The position numbers and the translations under genes were made by a program. The notes beneath the pieces are model-generated. The model worked only from the letters and a program-made list of their open reading frames with translations. It searched no databases and was not told where the DNA came from. From Candidatus Atabeyarchaeum deiterrae (GTDB lineage: Archaea > Asgardarchaeota > Atabeyarchaeia > Atabeyarchaeales > Atabeyarchaeaceae), in assembly GCA_037310415.1 (NCBI GenBank), contig CP147780.1:1248001-1312000 (forward strand): a stretch of 64,000 nucleotides of DNA, in the 5' to 3' direction. Below are positions 28,921-37,465 of this stretch, piece by piece; position 1 is the first letter of the stretch, and the number at the start of each line of letters is the position of its first letter.

Positions 28921-29745
28921 ATGGCTTCAACTAAGGAGATAATGTCCAAGTCGGTCTTAAGTGACTCGGGGATCGAACCTTTCGACTACTCGATAAGTCC
29001 GTATGTTGGTTGCTCCCATGCCTGCGTCTACTGCTACGCAAGATTCATGCTAAGATTCAGAGCAGCGTCCGAGGACAAACCGTGGGGCCAGTTTGCAGAT
29101 GCGAAGATTAACGCCCCAACCGTGTTGCTTCACGAGATACGAAGAAAACCCAAGGGACTGACTTGGCTGAGTGCTGTAACTGACCCATATCAACCCATAG
29201 AGAAAAAGTATGAGTTAACACGCAAATGCCTCGAAGTACTCGAGGCTCACAGGTTTCCAATCTGGGTACAGACAAAGTCCTCACTCGTCACCAGAGACGT
29301 TGATATCATAGCGAAGTTCCCCGATAAGGATGCCGGTTTCACGATACTCACTCTCGATGATGACCTCAGAAAAGAAATAGAGCCTGGCGCCTCACCCGTT
29401 GGCGAACGCATCTCAGCGCTTGCCCGTCTATCTGAAAAAGGAATACGCACATTTGCTTTTGTAGGTCCAATACTTCCCTTCCTATCTGACTCAGAAGATT
29501 CTCTGAGACAGCTGATGAAGGAGTTGAAGAAAGCTGGAACCGATCAGGTGCTGTTTGACCGACTGAACCTAAGGTGGGGAGTCTGGTCTTCCATGAAAAG
29601 CTTTCTTGAAAAGCGCTATCCAGCCTTGCTCCCGAAATACCAAGAAGTCATGTGGCACCACACGAACTACTTTGAAGACCTGAGTAAGTTGATCCGAAGG
29701 GTATGCAAAGATGAAAGGGTTCTGAAGTATGAGATCTGCTACTAA
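28921..29745 (+). CDS. Radical SAM protein, spore-photoproduct-lyase-like (SplB/Rv2578c) family
   Basis: SPYVGCSHACVYCYA, TDPYQPIE, TKS, EPGA, PILP. Confidence 0.88.
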   Translation: MASTKEIMSKSVLSDSGIEPFDYSISPYVGCSHACVYCYARFMLRFRAASEDKPWGQFADAKINAPTVLLHEIRRKPKGLTWLSAVTDPYQPIEKKYELTRKCLEVLEAHRFPIWVQTKSSLVTRDVDIIAKFPDKDAGFTILTLDDDLRKEIEPGASPVGERISALARLSEKGIRTFAFVGPILPFLSDSEDSLRQLMKELKKAGTDQVLFDRLNLRWGVWSSMKSFLEKRYPALLPKYQEVMWHHTNYFEDLSKLIRRVCKDERVLKYEICY

Positions 29746-29835
29746 GAAGGTAAACGCACAAACCGTATTCTTATATACACCTAGCAGAAATAAACTATAA
29801 GTGCTCATAGCCAGAATCAAATTCAGGTAGAAAGG

Positions 29836-30384
29836 GTGTTTATTGAATTGGGGAAGTCAAGTCGCTCTGAGGAGCCGCGATTAAGTCGCGTATTTGAATT
29901 TGCAGTATCTGTGACATTTGGTGCAGAGCTAGTATCGATTCTTGTAATCATTGGCTCACTGGTCTCCTTCTTCATTGCGAGGTCAGGTCTACTAGAAGTC
30001 ATATCGTTTGACATACAGCTATTCCTACTTCTGATAGCCACTGGAATAGGATTCCTTATTCTGATAGTATTTGCAGGATTGTTCATAAGAATGAATGAAG
30101 GTCTCAAGACAAGAATCCTAAGCGCCAGAATGTTGAAACTAGTTAGGGTGACCTCCGAGGCGAAGGCGTTCTTGGCGCTTTTCGGTTTAGCCCTGATTTT
30201 CCTTTGTTTCGCTGGTGTTTACGGGTACTACCTACTGTGGAGATACGTGCTGGTCTATTACGTGGGTGAATATCTTTCGCTGACAACGCTGTTCTTTGCT
30301 TTGGGAATAATCCTAGTGCAGATTCTTGCTCAGCTAATCATAGCGTTAGTATCAAGATTCGTATCAAGGACAGTGAAGTCGTAG
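29836..30384 (+). CDS. Hypothetical four-helix membrane protein
   Basis: 182-aa ORF with four hydrophobic stretches. Confidence 0.7.
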   Translation: MFIELGKSSRSEEPRLSRVFEFAVSVTFGAELVSILVIIGSLVSFFIARSGLLEVISFDIQLFLLLIATGIGFLILIVFAGLFIRMNEGLKTRILSARMLKLVRVTSEAKAFLALFGLALIFLCFAGVYGYYLLWRYVLVYYVGEYLSLTTLFFALGIILVQILAQLIIALVSRFVSRTVKS

Positions 30385-30448
30385 GGATCAGACGCGAAAC
30401 CGGACAGAAATAGAAGTTGCGAGGGACCTATGTCTTTCTCAGGTCTCC

Positions 30449-31663
30449 TCATTTTCCCATTTTTCTGTGCATGTATTCGCCCAACTTGTCCATCGCGTCG
30501 TTAATCATGTCGACTTGCGGCAATGTTACCGACCTAAAGTGCTTTGCGCCATATTTTTCATCGAAGCCCGACCCGTAAACAAACAGGATCCCAGTCTGCC
30601 TAAGCAAATCTATCACGAAGTCCTTGTCATCTTTCCACGTCTTCCCGTCTATCTCGACTTTCGGAAAGACGTAGAATGCGCCTCCGGGTTTCACGCAACT
30701 TATTCCAGGGATCTCATTAAGCCTCTTGACCATCGCATCCCTTCTTTTCCTTAGCTCGCCCACGAATTTCGGTATGTGGTCCTGTGGTCCACGTAGCGCC
30801 TCGGCTGCAGCATATTGGCATGGAGCGTTTGCGCTCAGCCTGATTCTGGCTTCCTTCATCAAAGCTTCTTTCAGCTCGTTTAGCTCTCCATGCGGTTGGT
30901 AGAAGTACATCCAGCCAAGCCTCCATCCAGGTGCTATGTAGATCTTGGACATTCCATTGAATCCTAAGACGGGGACGTCCTTAGCCACGGACGCAGTGCT
31001 GAACCCTTTTCTCTCGTACACAATTTGGTCATATATCTCGTCAGAGACTAGGAGCACCTTACGCTCTGCACATACGTCAACGATCTCTCTTACACTCTTT
31101 TCATCGACATGTGCACCGGTCGGATTGTTGGGGTTGATCAACACGACGCCTCTTGTTTTCTTTGTTATCTTCTTCCTAAGATCGTCTACGTCAGGTCTCC
31201 ATCCTTCTTCTTCAATGTTTCTGTAAGTGACAGGTTTACCACCATAGAACCTTGTGACCGCGAGATACTGCGGGTAAGTTGGTCCAGGGAGAAGCATTTC
31301 ATCCCCGGGCTCAATTATGGCTCCTAACAAGAAGTTGATTCCTTCAGCCGTGCCCGAAGTGACCATGACATTGTCCGGGGTTATATCGACTCCATTCAGC
31401 CTCTTCTCTCTCTCACCAACAGCTTGCCTTAGGGTGAGAACGCCTTGTGTATCTGCATAGCCGTTGTAACCTTTGCTGGTTGCTTCGAACAGTGCGCGCT
31501 TCACAAAATCAGGCGTATCAAATCCATAGGTAACGGGATCACCAATGTTGAAATAGAGAACTTTCTTACCTTGCTTCTCTACTTCCTTTGCAGCAACAAT
31601 GACATCTCTGATTGCGTACTCAATGCCCTTGGCCCTTTCAGTTATCCTAATCATGTTGATCAT
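30449..31663 (-). CDS. Class I/II PLP aminotransferase (alanine aminotransferase-like)
   Basis: EYAIR, NIGDP, INPNNPTG, SDEIY, GMSK..APGWRLG; start near 31654-31663. Confidence 0.9.
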   Translation of the reverse strand: MINMIRITERAKGIEYAIRDVIVAAKEVEKQGKKVLYFNIGDPVTYGFDTPDFVKRALFEATSKGYNGYADTQGVLTLRQAVGEREKRLNGVDITPDNVMVTSGTAEGINFLLGAIIEPGDEMLLPGPTYPQYLAVTRFYGGKPVTYRNIEEEGWRPDVDDLRKKITKKTRGVVLINPNNPTGAHVDEKSVREIVDVCAERKVLLVSDEIYDQIVYERKGFSTASVAKDVPVLGFNGMSKIYIAPGWRLGWMYFYQPHGELNELKEALMKEARIRLSANAPCQYAAAEALRGPQDHIPKFVGELRKRRDAMVKRLNEIPGISCVKPGGAFYVFPKVEIDGKTWKDDKDFVIDLLRQTGILFVYGSGFDEKYGAKHFRSVTLPQVDMINDAMDKLGEYMHRKMGK

Positions 31664-32100
31664 CTTCCTTCCCATGCGAAATACGAGGTCATTTAGATTA
31701 GAAATCAATACTGAGCTGCAGCTAATGGGCGTAACCGTATCAACTTTCGGTTAGCATCAAGTTAAAGCTTATCCTTCTGAAAGGAGTCAACGTCGCCCAC
31801 GAATTCTTCAAGTTAACGCTAATATTGAATTAAGATTATCAATATTCTGAAGATCTTCCCACTTTAGTCTTACTTTCACGCTCACTCGGGCGTGGGTAAA
31901 GATGTGTACGAAGGAAATTTCTACGATATTCGGTAGAGGTCACAGCCATGAATGGTGGCTTGAGTTGCAGCAAGGAAATTCGGCTCGGCAGGATATTTAG
32001 AAAAGATAACTGGGCACTCGGCTCATGAACCAACTGTTTCGGCACCATGACTTTGCAGGGCACTTGGGTCAATCGATGACTGTCATCCGAGGAGAGCATG

Positions 32101-32838
32101 CTACAAGATCCCTGAGGCCGATAATCTCGGTATCTTGTCCCCAAGTATCTTCCTGGATTCCCTAATTATCGCATTACAGTACAACCATAGGAAGTTCTCA
32201 AAATGGGTGAACTTTTGCAGCATACCCTTGTCGAATATTACTTCTCCATTTTGGCCTCTTCGTAGATATGTGATCTTGAATCCTGGAACTGGTTCTTTCT
32301 CAATCGCCCATGATGATCCTTCGAAAGTTTTGCTCTTGCCGCCGATCGCATCAGCTACTGTCTTAGCGGTGGCGGGATCAATGTATTTGAGGACTCTCAG
32401 CCTCTCTTCGATTGGCGCTTCTGCCATCTCCAACTTCTCAGATGAGAACTCTTGTTCATTGAGAACTCTTTTGCCTTCTTTAGCCAGCAGAGCCGCGAAC
32501 ACCCATGAGTAGACAATTATGTCCTCCGTTGGTACCTTCCCTAAAGCAGACCTCGAGTAATAGGTGTAGAAATCGTTTCCAAACTCGGGGTCCAATGAGA
32601 GAACCATCAGTACCTCAAGGTATGGGAGAGGGTGAACCTTGACTGACCATGCAACACTCTCGTACAGTTTCCGGTCTACGATTTCTCCGCCCATTGCGCG
32701 TACGGCTTCCTTGAGCTTCTCCCCAGAGAGTTGCTCAAAGACTTTAATGAACCTTAGACCATCGCTGTGTACTCTTGCGTCCCATCCGGTTCCGCCGTCA
32801 AACTCTTTCAGGCTTACAAATTCACCAGTGTCACTCAA
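32101..32838 (-). CDS. Hypothetical protein with apparent internal duplication
   Basis: AMGG...SVAWSVKVHPLPYLEV resembles AIGG...GSSWAIEKEPVPGFKI. Confidence 0.7.
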   Translation of the reverse strand: MSDTGEFVSLKEFDGGTGWDARVHSDGLRFIKVFEQLSGEKLKEAVRAMGGEIVDRKLYESVAWSVKVHPLPYLEVLMVLSLDPEFGNDFYTYYSRSALGKVPTEDIIVYSWVFAALLAKEGKRVLNEQEFSSEKLEMAEAPIEERLRVLKYIDPATAKTVADAIGGKSKTFEGSSWAIEKEPVPGFKITYLRRGQNGEVIFDKGMLQKFTHFENFLWLYCNAIIRESRKILGDKIPRLSASGIL

Positions 32839-32881
32839 GGGTCTTTGTCCCTCAAAACGGAATGCGGATAACGAGTTGTGC

Positions 32882-35470
32882 CTAGAGCTCTCTGAATATT
32901 ACTCTTATGGTCTTGATCTCGCTCGGAGAAATGGCAAGGTCTACACGGTGTTCATGAGTGGTTAGTTTCTTCACGTTCTCCTCTAGAAGATTGGTCTCCC
33001 AACACTCTTTGACATCTCTGTGGAACTCTATTGTGAAGTTCTTCTCTAACCCCTCTGCCTCATACAATCTAACTATGAATCCTTCCTTGTTTTCTGCCTT
33101 TTTTAGTGCAGTGACGATTATGTTTGAGACGTCGACTCTCATGAAGCTCATTTCTCTCGGAAGAAATGCAGAGTGTTGTGGAGTCATTACTGAGATCAAT
33201 GGAAATGCTATGCTCAACCCTTGTCGATATGCTTGAGACGCGCGCCACCCGCCCCGATGAGGTATGATTGAGAATGTCAGAGTATGAGTTCCTTTCTGAC
33301 GATATCTTTCTCCACTGAAGAAGCTTCTTTCATTATCCATTGACCAGAGGATGATTGCTGCCGGTGCCATCGTGAAGTCAAAACAAGGCCAATTGGTTAG
33401 AAGAGTGGCTCCGCCGCCACTGTCTGCAATGTCAACCCAGTGCTGAACTCCTCTGACTTTGAACTGCACCGGGTCAGTCGGTTTCACCCAAAAGCCAGGC
33501 ACGATATCGCTGAAGTTGACCGCAGCGTAGGGGACATTAACAACCATGCTGGTCGGAGGCTCAAGATTAAGAGGTAACATCAACATGACGGCAACAAAGT
33601 TCTTCCCTGACCACTCAAGGGTTGTTCGCAAATCAACTCGGTTCAACCTCTCGTAGATCGTGATCTCCTGCCGCTTGACTGAATCTATGAACTTTCCTTC
33701 AACCAGTATCGTTGCCTTGACAGGTCCGTTTTCGACTATGGTGACACTGCATGGGTACTTGTCTGCCCTGAAGAGGTCCCCTGTCGGGTCAACCGTTATC
33801 AAATCGTTAGTTCTATCTAGCACTGTGGGAACTGGTTTTATGGTCAGCTTCAACCCCATGCCGAAGAGTTCATTGAGCAAGAAGTTGAATCTCATCGGAC
33901 CAAGCGCACATTGCCTTTCTCCACCAATTTCGGTTCCTCTCTCCTTATCAAAGAAACGCGATATCCCTCTGCCACTGCGATCAACTTCAAGCTTAACCCA
34001 CCTATTCTCGAGCGTACTATCTTCCGCCCTCAGCAGGGTCTCCACGTTCTGGGAAGAAGCATTGAAGTTTACAAAGAAGGTCTTGTAGCCTGTTGGCGGA
34101 ACGTCTTCAGCGACAAACGACACACGAAGCTTCTTCTGATCCTCTACTTCACCGATTATCATGGTTTGAGATGGAACATACCCCCCATCATGTGAGCTAA
34201 TCTGGATCTTGGTGGGGTCAACTTGGTTGTCGACTTCGAATTCGATTACGTCGGTTCTTGACCAAGGAAGCTGATTGAAGACTACTAGAGGAATCTCCTC
34301 ACTGTTAGGGGATGTTGCATCGATCTTGGAGGCTATGTTCTCAAGGGCTCTATCCAATTGCTTCTTACAGAGGGTCTTCGCTCTTTTGAGGTACCTCAGT
34401 TTCTCTTCATCACTGAATTCTCCATGTCTTGTCGGATCTTTTCCACCCCAATTATGATCAGCGGTAAGCAGAATAAGTCTCCATGCTTCTTCCATGTCTG
34501 CGGAATTGTACTCGCCTCCGAGGAGACTACTGATGGACATGAACTCTTCAGTTGAAAAGGTCATGTTCTGAATCGATCTGAGTCTCCTAATCGTCTCAGC
34601 TTCTACTGTGGATACGCCAACCCACTGGTTGGGCATGTCTCCGCTTAACACCGGAACCTTTTCATGTTTTTCGACCGAGGATAGGAACTCTTGAGCAGTT
34701 CCAAGCTTGAGTCCAGGCTTCCCGACTTTCTCGTTCCAGACTCTGACTATCTCGAGCAATTCTGGATTTGGAGAGGTCAAGTCGTCTCCGTCTGGGATCA
34801 TCAATTCACTGATTCTATAATTCTTACTTGCTCTCTCCAACTCAGTAGGTAATCTTGTCAACGTCTCTTCGGGTGAGTATCCGAGGAGAGAGTGATGAGA
34901 CCATGAGTACTCCGCAACATAAGTCAAAACTGATGATCCGTCGGGAGCAACCCAATAGAATATTGATGGAGGACCACGTGAGATCTTGAAGTACCTTACA
35001 CCTGTCTTCTTTAGTATCTGCGGCATCTGCAGAGTGTGACCAGGCACGTCTTCTTCATAGACAAGCTTGGTATCATAGTCGAAAGAATGCTTCAGCCAGC
35101 CTTTCCCATAATAGAGATTCCTAGCAATGCATTCGTCATAGCAATAGTCCACAGTTGGATGAATGTATTCTCCTCCAACCTCCAGCCTTCCTGCCTTGAT
35201 GAGATCAGCAACATCAACTACCCGCTCGGAGTGCCTTCCAATGAACTCATGAAGCGGGTAAACATTTTCCAAGGAAAAGCGGAACTCGGGGTTTTGCTTG
35301 CAGACATCAAGGACTTCGCCAATTATGTCCAGATTCCTTTCAAGACATTCCTGAGGAGTTCCGGCCCAGGTGTTATCCATATGCGAATGATTGACGAAGT
35401 AGACAAGGTTAAACCTGTTTTCCGATTCACCACCCTTCTTTCGCTGGCTAAGGTCAAGATCATCATCCAT
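32882..35470 (-). CDS. GH38 alpha-mannosidase-like glycoside hydrolase
   Basis: HSHMDNTW zinc motif, GRLEVGG, EDVPGH...PQIL, FYW..PDGS.V, LKKAE...IVRLYE; start about 35470 (track 35551). Confidence 0.88.
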   Translation of the reverse strand: MDDDLDLSQRKKGGESENRFNLVYFVNHSHMDNTWAGTPQECLERNLDIIGEVLDVCKQNPEFRFSLENVYPLHEFIGRHSERVVDVADLIKAGRLEVGGEYIHPTVDYCYDECIARNLYYGKGWLKHSFDYDTKLVYEEDVPGHTLQMPQILKKTGVRYFKISRGPPSIFYWVAPDGSSVLTYVAEYSWSHHSLLGYSPEETLTRLPTELERASKNYRISELMIPDGDDLTSPNPELLEIVRVWNEKVGKPGLKLGTAQEFLSSVEKHEKVPVLSGDMPNQWVGVSTVEAETIRRLRSIQNMTFSTEEFMSISSLLGGEYNSADMEEAWRLILLTADHNWGGKDPTRHGEFSDEEKLRYLKRAKTLCKKQLDRALENIASKIDATSPNSEEIPLVVFNQLPWSRTDVIEFEVDNQVDPTKIQISSHDGGYVPSQTMIIGEVEDQKKLRVSFVAEDVPPTGYKTFFVNFNASSQNVETLLRAEDSTLENRWVKLEVDRSGRGISRFFDKERGTEIGGERQCALGPMRFNFLLNELFGMGLKLTIKPVPTVLDRTNDLITVDPTGDLFRADKYPCSVTIVENGPVKATILVEGKFIDSVKRQEITIYERLNRVDLRTTLEWSGKNFVAVMLMLPLNLEPPTSMVVNVPYAAVNFSDIVPGFWVKPTDPVQFKVRGVQHWVDIADSGGGATLLTNWPCFDFTMAPAAIILWSMDNERSFFSGERYRQKGTHTLTFSIIPHRGGWRASQAYRQGLSIAFPLISVMTPQHSAFLPREMSFMRVDVSNIIVTALKKAENKEGFIVRLYEAEGLEKNFTIEFHRDVKECWETNLLEENVKKLTTHEHRVDLAISPSEIKTIRVIFREL

Positions 35471-35602
35471 AGCTAGTAGCTCCCCATTACCTCTACATTG
35501 GTACCTAAAATATAACACTATCCTCGGGGGCATGTTCTGTGTTCCAGTCAAATTCTGTCAGTTCTCTTGAGCGATGCACTATAGTTTGAGAAGTTGCCTT
35601 TT

Positions 35603-37252
35603 CTATTCCAAATAAGCTCCTGTTGATGCTGAAGAGACTTGTTTGGCATATCGTACCATATAACCTTTCGAGATGTTCTCTTTTCGTGGTTTCCACTTCC
35701 GAAGTCTTGTCTTCAGTTCTGCACCAGAGATCCCCAGATCGAGTTTTCTGTTCGGTATGTCTATTGTTATTGGATCTCCGTCCTGTGCTGCAGCGATTGG
35801 TCCACCAATTGCAGCCTCTGGGCAGACATGTCCTATGGCAAGTCCTCCTGACGCACCTGAGAATCTTCCATCTGTCACAAGTGCCACTGACTTGTCACGC
35901 CCATACATTTGGAGTGACGTTGTTATTGATAGCATCTCCCTCATCCCTGGTCCTCCCCTTGGCCCCTCATAGTTTATGACTATTACATCGCCTGAAGCAA
36001 CGACCTTTTCGAGAATTGCTTCGATCGCATCCTCCTCGCTGTGGAAGCATCTTGCCTTTCCTGTAAAGACGTACATGTTTTCTGGGACGGCTGATTGCTT
36101 CACTACGGCTCCTTCTGGCGCAAGGTTTCCTCTGAGTATCGCTATACCACCTTCTTGGTGGAATGGTATATCAAGTGGTCTTATGACTTTGTCATCTGTG
36201 ACACGTCCGTTCCTAATGACTTCTCCAAGTAGCTTTCCAGATACCGTCAGGCAATCCTTGTGGAGCATGGTTTCGATCCGTTTGAGAACTCCCATCATGC
36301 CGCCGGCCTTGTAAAGGTCGAGGATCGTGTTAGACCCGCTTGGGTAAACTGCGCATAGGCATGGCACTTTTCTTGAGATCTCATCGAAGAGCCCCATGTC
36401 TAGTTTTATCCCAAGTTCATGCGCGATTGCAGGTAAGTGAATAACATAGTTAGTAGATCCACCTATGGCCATGAGCGCCATGATGGCATTCTCAAAAGCA
36501 TTGTAAGTCATTATCTTTGAGGGAATCAGGTTTCCTTCAATCATCGCCACTATCGTCTTGCCCGATTCTTTCGATAGACTGAGTCTCGAAGTGTGCACAG
36601 CTGGTATGGTTCCTGAACCTGGCAGAGCCATACCCAGCGCTTCCATCAAGCACTGACCAGTTGTAGCTGTTCCAGCTATTTCACAGGCTCCGCAAGTGGC
36701 GCAGGTTACGGTCTCAATGATCTGTTTTGGACTCATCTTCATTGGGTCAGTGACTCTTTCGGGGGAAAACTCGATTGCCATAAAGGCTGGTCCGCCAGTA
36801 ACGACGATAGTGGGCAAGTCGAGTCTAGCTGCAGCCATCAATGTACCTGGATTGATTTTGTCGCAACTCGTTATCATGACTAATCCGTCAAAGTAGTGTG
36901 CTCTGCTCATCAATTCAATACTGTCCGCTATGATATCTCTGAGGGGCAGTATGTATCGCATTCCGTCAAGTCCATTGGGTATCCCGTCACAGGGTCCAGG
37001 GACACCAAATTCGAATGGTACACCCCCTGCTTCCCATATTCCCATCTTGACCCATTCAGCAATTTGCCTAAGGTGAGTGTGTCCTGGATTAAACTCGAAG
37101 AATGAGTTTGCCACTCCTATGAATGGCTTGCTGCGAATGTCTTCATCAGATAATCCTAAGCCTCTCATTAGTCCCATCCGTATCATTGAAGTTGGGACTT
37201 TCTCCATCTTGCCCAGCAATGCTTCGCTTACTGGTTTCTTCAAACTTGTCAC
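35603..37252 (-). CDS. ilvD: IlvD/EDD family dehydratase
   Basis: PGHTHL, PCDG, SCDKINPG, GGSTN, EGPRGGPGMREM, TDGRFSG. Confidence 0.88.
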   Translation of the reverse strand: MTSLKKPVSEALLGKMEKVPTSMIRMGLMRGLGLSDEDIRSKPFIGVANSFFEFNPGHTHLRQIAEWVKMGIWEAGGVPFEFGVPGPCDGIPNGLDGMRYILPLRDIIADSIELMSRAHYFDGLVMITSCDKINPGTLMAAARLDLPTIVVTGGPAFMAIEFSPERVTDPMKMSPKQIIETVTCATCGACEIAGTATTGQCLMEALGMALPGSGTIPAVHTSRLSLSKESGKTIVAMIEGNLIPSKIMTYNAFENAIMALMAIGGSTNYVIHLPAIAHELGIKLDMGLFDEISRKVPCLCAVYPSGSNTILDLYKAGGMMGVLKRIETMLHKDCLTVSGKLLGEVIRNGRVTDDKVIRPLDIPFHQEGGIAILRGNLAPEGAVVKQSAVPENMYVFTGKARCFHSEEDAIEAILEKVVASGDVIVINYEGPRGGPGMREMLSITTSLQMYGRDKSVALVTDGRFSGASGGLAIGHVCPEAAIGGPIAAAQDGDPITIDIPNRKLDLGISGAELKTRLRKWKPRKENISKGYMVRYAKQVSSASTGAYLE

Positions 37253-37465
37253 CAGCCATAGGTTCGTAACATGTTTCTAAAAAGCCTTTTAGTGAGGCAT
37301 CATGTCCTCCTTCGAGGATTAGATACATTTATGAATGGCTCCACCAAAAGCTAGTGACGAGGCTTCCTTATAGATTAGCACGGTAGGGTGGCAGATTCTC
37401 CATTCTTAGTTGTATCACTGTGAGCGTGTCGGGCTACTTGTCTGTAGGTTTAGGAGTGGGACTTC

